This document shows positions 56,501 to 64,000 of a DNA stretch of 64,000 bases, piece after piece; positions within the stretch are counted from its first letter, which is position 1; each line of letters begins with the position of its first letter. A model generated the notes under the pieces. The model saw only the letters and a program-made list of their open reading frames with translations, did not search any database and was not told the DNA's origin. The position numbers were made by a program, and so were the translations under genes. This stretch comes from a virus (Duplodnaviria; Caudoviricetes). The stretch spans positions 256,001 to 320,000 of the IMG/VR virus record IMGVR_UViG_3300021400_001148; one strand, written 5' to 3'.

Positions 56501-59226
56501 CAGAAACAAAAGATGATGATTATATAAGATTTAGGTATGGGGCAAATAAATTAACTAGCAGTAATTTTATCTTTAACAACTCATTGCCTATCTTTGAGAA
56601 TTCATATTACTTCTTTTTTGGCCTTCATAACGGTTCCTCAGCCTTAGATTATTTAAGACGCGATTTATTTGCTGAGTGCCCGGTAAAAAGTACGGGCACC
56701 AATCTTAAGGCTTTCCTTTATAGTGGCACTACGGATGTTTTTGAGAGTGGAATTGAACTCGGGTATTTTGATGGGACGGGGGCTACAACTAATTATCTTT
56801 ATTTTTCTGTGAACTCTGAAAATTACCCAATTACAATACAATACAGTGGTAATTTAGCCACAATTAATGATAAAACAGAATTAGATTATGATGGAAGGTA
56901 CCACTATCCAGCCATCTTAGGTGAAAAAATACCGATTGGTATCAATACATACAGTATAACCGATAGTTTGGGTAAAACCATTATCAAAACAGTTAAAGTG
57001 TATGTTAAGGCACCAGAGGTCTGCTCTTCAGCAACAACAGCAAACTTTGTGAGCCTTGATTGGGTTACAAAGAAAGGGAGCCTCCTCAATGGCGGTTCTC
57101 CGACTAGAAAAAATCTTGGCGGATACATTTATATACCTTGTCAAGGACTTTTTAAACCGGAACCCAGCGGCGAGTGGATTTCAACATCGTCTGCCAGTAT
57201 AATTCTTGTAAACGGAACAAGAGTCCTATATACCAGTAGGAGCCTTGATTCTGATTATCTAGGACTGTATTTCCCAAATTTGTCGCAACAACCAGGGCTT
57301 ACATGCGGAAACGATTTTATTCCAGTTGATGAAACGGGGGTTTACGATGTCTATGTTGTTATACACAGTGGCAATTTGAAAAGTATTCCTATTCTCATTT
57401 ATTCTAAAATGATTATCGGGGAACCCGAAGGGGCCGTTGATTTTACTATTTTTCGAAGGGCAGTATCTTCACCAGAAGAGGCTGTAAATAGTTATAGACT
57501 TTCATATGTTGAATTTAGTGATAACACTTGGTATAGAAATATTGACGGATTAAGTACTATAACCGAAGAGCAAAAATGGTACCTCAAAAAAGATGTCTTC
57601 ATTACAAGCAATGAGGATGCTTTAACAATGCTTTATGTGATTCCGTTTAGTGAAGATAATGTACTACCGAATGTTTACATAAACGACCAAGAAAGAAATT
57701 ATTTCACTAAGCAAAACGCCTCCATTAGTGAAAGAAAAGTGGTATTGAAAAATCCTTCCGGTGAGGTGATTTGCCCATTTGGCGGTAATCCTTTCCCTTT
57801 TAAGTGTGTAACTAAGCGTTTTGAATTTGGCAAGACACTTTACTGGGAGGGCTACAATCACCCGGATAGTATATTTACAAGAACCGCAGGCAATTATTTC
57901 ATTAACGGTTATTTGACTTATGTTATTAAAAACGGTATAACATATCTAAGTTCTAATGAAAGAACATTCGGTGATGTTACTATTAATGGTGATAATACAT
58001 ATGCGAGCAATTCCCTTTTCAAACCCACTCAAACGGATTCAATCAGGTCTACTTTAAGCAATAGTATATCAATAAGTGAACCAATAAGAAGTGGGAGAGC
58101 ATTTTTTTCGGTAACAGAGGGCCATCCCGAAACATATGATTACAAATATTCACCAGAAACCATTGAAGCAGATGCATCAATGATAGGTAGTGATGAAAAT
58201 TGGAGTGCGTATTTTGAAATATATGTTAAAAGCAGTGGAAATACACAGTTTGGTATAACAATCAATAATGTATTACCGCTTTCGAAAACCGGAGATGATA
58301 TTTACACCAATTCAGGGGAATATGTTGATGGTGCAAACATTAATTTCTATGTTTACCCTACAAGTGGAATAATCTTCACTGAAGTAGACATGATGAAATC
58401 CTACAATTATAATGCGGCACTAAGTGCTTCCCATAAAATGAGATGGAATGATGAGAGAGAATGCTTAGTATATAATATAGCAGAAATCGTTTTTCCAGAT
58501 TCTGGGTATACAGTTTATGGAGAATCGCACAATAAAAATGGGATACCTTTTAAAACAAGAAACATTGTCAGAAATAATCTAATACTACCGAAATATGCAA
58601 TCAATGATAATGGTAAAAGGTTTAACCTTTATGATATATATAAAAAATATAAAGATTCGAGCTTTACCAAAAAAAATGAATTTAAAATAACCAGGAATTC
58701 AAACTGCATAACCAGTATTAAAATCAGCCTTCCATTTTACATTGAAGAATTGGATGCTTTTCAAAATGCTTTATTTAACACTGGGTTGCTAGCATCGGCT
58801 GAAAGTGTTCTTTTTTATTTTATTGATGGGGGTGCGAATTCGAATTACGAGAAAAATACTTATTATTATATTGATTTACGGCAATTTTGTGAGCCCGACT
58901 TGAATAGCTTGGGTGGAAATGAGTATTCGGTGGGTTTTTTAAAACCTGAAGAAATCACATACGACCCATATCCAACTAGGGATATTACAATCACTAATTT
59001 TAATAGACCTGTTGTGAATCCAAATAATCCATATCAAGCAACAAGGGAAGAGTTTGACATGTTTTGTTTAAGAATGAAAGACATTAATAACTTTGAAACA
59101 AAAAGTTTGCACAGTAGATATTTTAAAATTGTAATAACACTTTCAGACATCGGCCGAAACGATGACAGGGGTAACTCGACGGCAGGTTTCAAAATTACTG
59201 AATATGTTAACGTTTACACCAATTAA
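53494..59226 (+). CDS. Very large baseplate/tail structural protein
   Basis: 1910 aa in the baseplate operon. N-terminal GVIVGR...GVPNVKVSVF...TNASGDYMIFGVPVG beta-sandwich; Cys-rich middle. Confidence 0.65.
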   Translation: MSEKNKTYRVNTKVGVGINSAASDKYLTINLNDTFDTIEVLSLKIRQENVYRVHSSQYGVIVGRAVANGGFGVPNVKVSVFIPRDAETADDPVKNFLYPYTTSTSKNADRVRYNLLPSESDDDCYQTVGTFPTKRMVLDDNNYLEVFNKYYKYTTRTNASGDYMIFGVPVGSQTIHTDMDLSDVGVLSQKPRDFTYKGYSRTQFETPNQFKASTNLAELPQIVSQDGAVYVYPFWGDTNENIIGITRYDIDIDYKFEPTCVFMGSIVSDTGNNKLSKRCVPSENMGVMEELVTGQGTIEMIRKTITGSVEEFAIQGNQLIDDHGVWCYQIPMNLDYVMTDEYGNLVPSDNPEKGIPTRARVRFRVSMNDLQEDASNTFRGKVLVPNNPKLENGAVTPDYIFGTLTDESSYRDLLWNNIYTVKSFIPRFQKNNSNLNRRFSGIKQCNYYGSNNPIPYNNIRVRLSFQFRIACLLVKILLKIIGAYNKIVSYLSNILSGFGVWILPEWANKSIQNVGKRMSCLTVDGSLCSTLDGEWAFAPGCSNSSSDNSSWVWKNALKKLVGSGEYVDEKRGDGDDKNSIDWINAPNPTRVNNSYDYIMARGIDYFKQCVEISLAEEYKVIQFDFYNDWLNGAIYIPKWERHISRKRTFFIFGPKKTKIRACTDAYKAKRVNLTEQCAISVNLPSNVVSTPVGCTNKTYECHKKSGRRQAEIFGNGAAVHEELTSSKKYAYYFKPCEVYRDSSGVKKINLFATDLVLLGSLNPYNISETPVFIDGLETTSYKLPSPLVLTDSEEEGEQYTLKGGANILTYNDAPFAAYITDDDAMAPFNNGKIAEESGIDWAFAGNGQGKNQIAANYTPGGHFIGISCMNAQTTTKTCINLRRICEIGVFPSSSYKVPTFSGETETAAQVVTNGLISKDEITSNDFRKLFATLNYNSLQVEFDETGIAKYSFTGLSPENFGGEMASYTSENYNSSVPNEEVQGFLEDENANSERITSVIRRSSETKDDDYIRFRYGANKLTSSNFIFNNSLPIFENSYYFFFGLHNGSSALDYLRRDLFAECPVKSTGTNLKAFLYSGTTDVFESGIELGYFDGTGATTNYLYFSVNSENYPITIQYSGNLATINDKTELDYDGRYHYPAILGEKIPIGINTYSITDSLGKTIIKTVKVYVKAPEVCSSATTANFVSLDWVTKKGSLLNGGSPTRKNLGGYIYIPCQGLFKPEPSGEWISTSSASIILVNGTRVLYTSRSLDSDYLGLYFPNLSQQPGLTCGNDFIPVDETGVYDVYVVIHSGNLKSIPILIYSKMIIGEPEGAVDFTIFRRAVSSPEEAVNSYRLSYVEFSDNTWYRNIDGLSTITEEQKWYLKKDVFITSNEDALTMLYVIPFSEDNVLPNVYINDQERNYFTKQNASISERKVVLKNPSGEVICPFGGNPFPFKCVTKRFEFGKTLYWEGYNHPDSIFTRTAGNYFINGYLTYVIKNGITYLSSNERTFGDVTINGDNTYASNSLFKPTQTDSIRSTLSNSISISEPIRSGRAFFSVTEGHPETYDYKYSPETIEADASMIGSDENWSAYFEIYVKSSGNTQFGITINNVLPLSKTGDDIYTNSGEYVDGANINFYVYPTSGIIFTEVDMMKSYNYNAALSASHKMRWNDERECLVYNIAEIVFPDSGYTVYGESHNKNGIPFKTRNIVRNNLILPKYAINDNGKRFNLYDIYKKYKDSSFTKKNEFKITRNSNCITSIKISLPFYIEELDAFQNALFNTGLLASAESVLFYFIDGGANSNYEKNTYYYIDLRQFCEPDLNSLGGNEYSVGFLKPEEITYDPYPTRDITITNFNRPVVNPNNPYQATREEFDMFCLRMKDINNFETKSLHSRYFKIVITLSDIGRNDDRGNSTAGFKITEYVNVYTN

Positions 59227-59231
59227 AGACA

Positions 59232-61940
59232 ATGGAAACAATATTAAGAAGTAAGTTAGGCATAAATGAGTTAAATGGTGATGTCAATCTCAATTTGGGA
59301 CTGGGCACTGCTGTTAAGGAGATTTTGAATACCAACGCAACTGCAGAGGTTGATGTTGATGGTGTTTATCAGGATGAATTGAACTCTTCCAAAAAATATC
59401 GTCTGATTTTCACTATAAACCCCGTGTGTTCAAATGTTCTTTTTAACGCCCTGACAGAGGTTGCTTCTGAGGCTGAAAGTGAACATGCCAGTTTGGTTCC
59501 GAATATTGACTGGGGTGCTATTTCCGGAAACTGCTACAGTACCGAAAAAGCAACAAGAAAACAGTGTATCAGAGATACTGAGTACAGTCATCCATTGATT
59601 GGTGGGTTTACTTATTATCCCGGGGCTGACATGTTCAACAACCATATCCTTCGACAAGATGGGTTTGTTTTCATAAACCCCAGACTTGAAAGAGACCCCG
59701 AAAAAGAAACTCTTTATAAAGTAGATTCAAACAACAACTTTGTTTCTGGTGGAGATATTGATATTTTTAATACGATTAGAGACACCCAGAGGGATATAGA
59801 TAGAAATGTACTTCAAACACCCGCCACTGATACTGACGGGTCTTATAAAACCTCCAAAAAGAGACGGCATGCTTACAACACATCCAACATACTTTCGTTT
59901 GATGAGGCTTACGAAAACAACCTGAAGGAAAACAATGGCTGGTTTGGGTTTTACAATAAATCAATGCTAAACACTTCGTCTGATAGTGAAAAAGCTATAA
60001 ATAAGGTTATTAATTATAGTGATTCGCTCGCAGGTGATTTCATCGACATGTTTCCGGACAGAACAAGGTTTTCGTTCGTACCGCATATGAATGTGAAACA
60101 GGGGAACCGAATGGAGAAGAACTGGGACTACTGTCTTACATATCCGTTTGAGAACGATGAGAAGCACCCCATTGTTTGTGATGAAGAAACTGGAATAAAT
60201 GGGTTGGAATTTGCTTATATCACCGGATATACCACTGATACAGGCAAGAGCCGGATATTATTGCTGTCAACATCGTCAAAGCATAATTTAAAGGAAAATG
60301 ACACGATAAGGCTTTACTGCGGTAATGCTTTGGATGAGGTGTTCGAAACAACTGTCAAGGGTTTTGGCGATTTTGAAGGGAATCTGAAAGAATACTATTT
60401 TTCAATAGATGAAGATGAAAGAATCAGTCAGAGTGGAAGATTCTGTAAAATGGTGTTTAACCAGCCTTGCCGGTATTACTTCAGAAAATTCAAAAAACTG
60501 CCTAATTTTAGTGGGATAGGGAATCATTCGGAAATAACTGATAGTAATACCCAAGACTTTGACAGTGAAATTAGTAAATTGGCATTTGCTTCAACGGTAT
60601 ATGGTGATGATACTGTCCAAATTGTCTACACAGATGACATTGATTTGAGTGCGTTATCCGATAACCTTGGCCGTCCGATTACTGACATCTATTTGACGAT
60701 AGTGAAGAACAATGAGGGGCATGATGAGTGGTATAAACTGACTGGTACAACAGCAAACGCTGCGGCTGAAAATGTCAAGTGGTCTAGTTGTTTTGGGAAG
60801 GTATCATCTGGCCTTGACCTGCCTTCCAATGTTGAGGACAATGAGAAGTTTTCTTTTGATTATAATGTAAGGAAACTTCATGGTATAGACAGAAGAACCT
60901 CTTTGGGCGAGATTTTCCTAGACACATACGGTGAAATATGGAAAGACAATAGAGGGCCTCTTCCTGTTGAGGATGATTTATTGATATCAAATGATGTTTT
61001 TTATGGAGACCTTGTCGAATATTCGCCGCTTCAGGTTAAAGAAACCGTTATCGAAGAAGTTTTCCATAGGTTCAACACACTCCAGAGGGAAGAAATGTCT
61101 CTCGTAAACGCTGAAGGGTATGATTTTATTTATGACGATATAGTTTCGGACGATGAAGACATTCAATCGGCCATAACTTCGTCTACCAAAGCGGACACTT
61201 TCGTTTGTGTGGAGAGAAAATATAACACATATTATGATAATAGTAGCAGGGTTACGCTGAATGTACCGGCTAATCTTTTTCCCGAGGGATATTTTTATAA
61301 GCCCCACTACCGCATACATGTGGCTGACTTCAATGATGTAATAGCACAAAGTAGTGACACACAGATGGAGTATAGTGATTTTTTTATTGGTGGGGATTAT
61401 ATTGTTTTTAAAACTGAAGAGCCAATTGTTGCCGGCAGTGAAGTTATACTTATTGAGAATGCTTCACCATATAGAACTGTATTGAATGCCTCGACAGTAA
61501 CAAACACTTTCAACAAAGATGAAGGGAAATATGAAATAAGGTGTAAAATAGCACTGAATGACGGGTATGATGCTGGGAATAAATACAAAATGTTTTTGAA
61601 AACAGAGGGTATACCCAGTTATGCTGAAAGATATCCCGATAATAGTGGAAGGTATTTGTGGAGGGGATTGAAGAATTTTTCAGAGGTTTCCCCGGAGAGT
61701 GAAATATACGGATTGCCATTCGCTAACGGTGCACATTATATTTATAAAGGACTGAACTTTTTCCTTCGCCGTCAAGACCCGGATGGAAAATATGGGCTTA
61801 ATGTGACGGAAGAAAAACTTATTGAAAAGAGTTTAAAAAGCAAAAATAAAATTGCCGGATTAATCCGTAAGAGTCAAACTAGACCTGAGGTTGAAGAGGC
61901 GGTTGATTATGTTAAAAATACTGTTTTTGATATATGCTAA
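59232..61940 (+). CDS. Putative baseplate/tail structural protein
   Basis: 902 aa, co-oriented and tightly packed in the baseplate operon. Confidence 0.6.
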   Translation: METILRSKLGINELNGDVNLNLGLGTAVKEILNTNATAEVDVDGVYQDELNSSKKYRLIFTINPVCSNVLFNALTEVASEAESEHASLVPNIDWGAISGNCYSTEKATRKQCIRDTEYSHPLIGGFTYYPGADMFNNHILRQDGFVFINPRLERDPEKETLYKVDSNNNFVSGGDIDIFNTIRDTQRDIDRNVLQTPATDTDGSYKTSKKRRHAYNTSNILSFDEAYENNLKENNGWFGFYNKSMLNTSSDSEKAINKVINYSDSLAGDFIDMFPDRTRFSFVPHMNVKQGNRMEKNWDYCLTYPFENDEKHPIVCDEETGINGLEFAYITGYTTDTGKSRILLLSTSSKHNLKENDTIRLYCGNALDEVFETTVKGFGDFEGNLKEYYFSIDEDERISQSGRFCKMVFNQPCRYYFRKFKKLPNFSGIGNHSEITDSNTQDFDSEISKLAFASTVYGDDTVQIVYTDDIDLSALSDNLGRPITDIYLTIVKNNEGHDEWYKLTGTTANAAAENVKWSSCFGKVSSGLDLPSNVEDNEKFSFDYNVRKLHGIDRRTSLGEIFLDTYGEIWKDNRGPLPVEDDLLISNDVFYGDLVEYSPLQVKETVIEEVFHRFNTLQREEMSLVNAEGYDFIYDDIVSDDEDIQSAITSSTKADTFVCVERKYNTYYDNSSRVTLNVPANLFPEGYFYKPHYRIHVADFNDVIAQSSDTQMEYSDFFIGGDYIVFKTEEPIVAGSEVILIENASPYRTVLNASTVTNTFNKDEGKYEIRCKIALNDGYDAGNKYKMFLKTEGIPSYAERYPDNSGRYLWRGLKNFSEVSPESEIYGLPFANGAHYIYKGLNFFLRRQDPDGKYGLNVTEEKLIEKSLKSKNKIAGLIRKSQTRPEVEEAVDYVKNTVFDIC

Positions 61941-63136
61941 GATACAAAGTAAGAAAGGGAAATGAGATAGGTGGAACGGTCAATTTGGAAGTGCCGCTTT
62001 CCACTGCTTTTGGCCTGGTTCCAAACAGGAACAGTATTATTAATGAAAAGTTTTTTGAAAGAGCCAAAGAAACCTTGATTCCGGAAATACGGGACATGGA
62101 GAAAGTGGTTCTTTATCCCGCCGTATGTAAAAAATCAGATGACGGGACATTAAAATTCGATTTGGCGGATGAAATAAATATAAACTTTCATTTTAGGAAC
62201 AGAATCATTGACGAGAACAAGTGGATGATTTCCACTGGTTGGGCGGCAATTGAAGGTAAGGGTTGGAATGAGAAATACTTCCATGACGCCGACGATGCTA
62301 CACACGGAAACTATAATACTGGAAGTACGGAGTACGACGCTTCTTCGGATTTAATCGGTTTTCTCGGTTTTGATGATGATGATATCAAATATCAAAAAAG
62401 CAAGGTTAAGCAGTCTTTTTTGCGGCTTCTTTATTACAGTAGTAATGATATCATCAATAAGTCACTTATAACGTATACAACCTCATTTCTTGATAGTAAT
62501 AAACTCTTCTCAAAATATACATCTTTGAGAAACAACAGTGACTTCCTGAACTACTATAACGGTTCTAATGCTCTGACGGATGATAACGCACCAAAGAATG
62601 TGTTCTCTTGTTTCGAGCCCGCCGCGGTAGACGAGAAATACAAAGGCCTAAGACTTTCAAGCCAGATACTTCTGAAGTCTAAAATGTTTTCGGATGCATC
62701 CAGTGACGGTTTTTATATGTATCTTTTTAAAGAAGACGCTCCGTCAAAAGTCCCGAAAAGATTATATCTTAAAGGTGAGTTTAATAATGCTGGGTATGGC
62801 AAAACAGTCTCTTTAACTATACCTCACACTGTTAATGACGATGAAACAATAAGTGTAATACAATATTCATCACCAGATTTCCCTACAACATATACCAAAG
62901 ATTATACATTACACACTGATGGTGGGGAGGAGATAACATCGGAAAGCGGAAAGACATTTGACTATGAAAAGTACAATAACAATACCTTCCTTCCGGTTGA
63001 TTGTGTTTATGATGAGAACCTAAGGAAATATATTTATTATTTTCCGTGGGATTTAGAAGGCGGGAACGGAACAGCAACAAATGACTTTAAGAATAAAAAA
63101 ATAACCCTTAACTTCTGGGAACCGAAATTAGTTTAG
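61934..63136 (+). CDS. Putative structural protein
   Basis: 400 aa, overlaps the upstream stop; LGF..DD......KVKQSFLRLLYY. Confidence 0.6.
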   Translation: MLRYKVRKGNEIGGTVNLEVPLSTAFGLVPNRNSIINEKFFERAKETLIPEIRDMEKVVLYPAVCKKSDDGTLKFDLADEININFHFRNRIIDENKWMISTGWAAIEGKGWNEKYFHDADDATHGNYNTGSTEYDASSDLIGFLGFDDDDIKYQKSKVKQSFLRLLYYSSNDIINKSLITYTTSFLDSNKLFSKYTSLRNNSDFLNYYNGSNALTDDNAPKNVFSCFEPAAVDEKYKGLRLSSQILLKSKMFSDASSDGFYMYLFKEDAPSKVPKRLYLKGEFNNAGYGKTVSLTIPHTVNDDETISVIQYSSPDFPTTYTKDYTLHTDGGEEITSESGKTFDYEKYNNNTFLPVDCVYDENLRKYIYYFPWDLEGGNGTATNDFKNKKITLNFWEPKLV

Positions 63137-63138
63137 AA

Positions 63139-64000
63139 ATGGAGTTTGTAAAAAAAACCATATCCTTGGAACCATACACTAGCAGAGTGTATGGGGGAAT
63201 ACCGTTTGTTGGTTACAACGCTGAGGATAAGCCAAAATCGAACTGGGGTAAAATTGTAAAGGGGATTGACTTCACGAAGTTTTCAGATAGTGATAAAGCA
63301 AAATACGGAAACAACATATCGTTGTGGGGAAAGATGGGCTATAGGGAGTTAATGAATACCTATTACCAACTGAAAAACAGAACAAATGATGAACTCGTAG
63401 CAATTGAGAGTACGACGGCTTCCCGTCTGGAAGAGAGTAAAAATCAATCACTCATCAAGTTTGTTGAAGAAAACAAGTTTTCCGTGGGAAACGAAATTGG
63501 GTTTGTTAAGTGCGGTTGCCCTGTACGGAGAAAGGAGGAGGATTATTCAATAGAGTTTCTGGACGATGATGAAAGGTTCTTTATTCCAACGGCAAACATT
63601 TCAATACTTCTGACAGGAAACAGCAAACTAATAGGCTCATACACTTTTCTCGGTCAAGAGTGGGTTCCCGGAAAGAGATATTATATAGGTGATACAGTTC
63701 TTTACGATGAACAAACATATGTTCTGGATTCGGGGGCTTTTAAGGAGAAAACATACTGTCAGAACATTCTTTCAGATGCTTCTGATGAAACGAAATCGCT
63801 TTACAGGCCCGGCACTGAGGTTCTATATTATGTTTTAACCCAAGACGAACTCAACGCCGGAACACCGGAAGGTGAAGAAGTCAACTTCAACATACTTGAC
63901 AACGCATTTTTTGTTTTGGATAGTGTTGATGACATTATACGTGGCGGATATACCTATGCAAAAGTTGAAGAGAAATTTTATATAAAGCCTTATTTTTCAG
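63139..64000 (+). CDS. Putative structural protein, 3' end outside the window
   Basis: Not in the ORF track. ATG 63139 gives MEFVKKTISLEPYTSR...; no stop found in hand translation. Contains EWVPGKRYYIGDTVLY. Confidence 0.7.
   Translation, partial: MEFVKKTISLEPYTSRVYGGIPFVGYNAEDKPKSNWGKIVKGIDFTKFSDSDKAKYGNNISLWGKMGYRELMNTYYQLKNRTNDELVAIESTTASRLEESKNQSLIKFVEENKFSVGNEIGFVKCGCPVRRKEEDYSIEFLDDDERFFIPTANISILLTGNSKLIGSYTFLGQEWVPGKRYYIGDTVLYDEQTYVLDSGAFKEKTYCQNILSDASDETKSLYRPGTEVLYYVLTQDELNAGTPEGEEVNFNILDNAFFVLDSVDDIIRGGYTYAKVEEKFYIKPYFS

Noticed and set aside
1-64000. Stop-codon reassignment (TAG to Gln), as in Lak and some crAss-like phages
   Set aside because: Genes up to 1977 aa are open in code 11, and TAG ends several genes at natural boundaries (7059, 32816, 45888, 63136).
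1-64000. tRNA, rRNA, integrase or transposase
   Set aside because: Intergenic gaps are short and mostly explained by terminators and promoters. I recognised no cloverleaf or recombinase motifs by eye, and tRNAscan was not run.

Overview
The window is a gene-dense 64 kb segment of a large contractile-tailed (myovirus, T4-like architecture) dsDNA bacteriophage, probably a jumbo phage. The host is probably an anaerobic Bacteroidetes: the window has TAnnTTTG promoters, A-rich leaders with no Shine-Dalgarno, NrdD/NrdG, and fimbrillin-like lipoproteins. It uses the standard genetic code. Structural genes: neck, tail terminator, sheath, tail chaperone, tape measure, tube initiator, LysM/gp53, hub-lysin, gp25, gp6 and large baseplate or fibre proteins. 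Replication genes: gp32-like SSB, RecA/UvsX, 5'-3' exonuclease, DnaB/gp41 helicase and anaerobic RNR. Accessory genes: glycosyltransferase, methyltransferase, degenerate HD protein, 26-aa LRR protein and papain-like protease. The most notable observations are (1) a phage-borne type V pilus-like module (OmpA/DUF3575-like protein plus two lipoprotein pilins), (2) strong enrichment of an [S/T]-G-x-T motif in virion proteins, a candidate glycosylation sequon, (3) a shared L/I-x-E helical tag on unrelated small proteins, a candidate capsid-targeting and processing tag, (4) two promoter classes, TTTTGTATATTTG before replication genes and TATTTATW before structural genes, and (5) a candidate +1/-2 frameshift in the tail chaperone. 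All family assignments come from motif recognition by eye; no database search was run.
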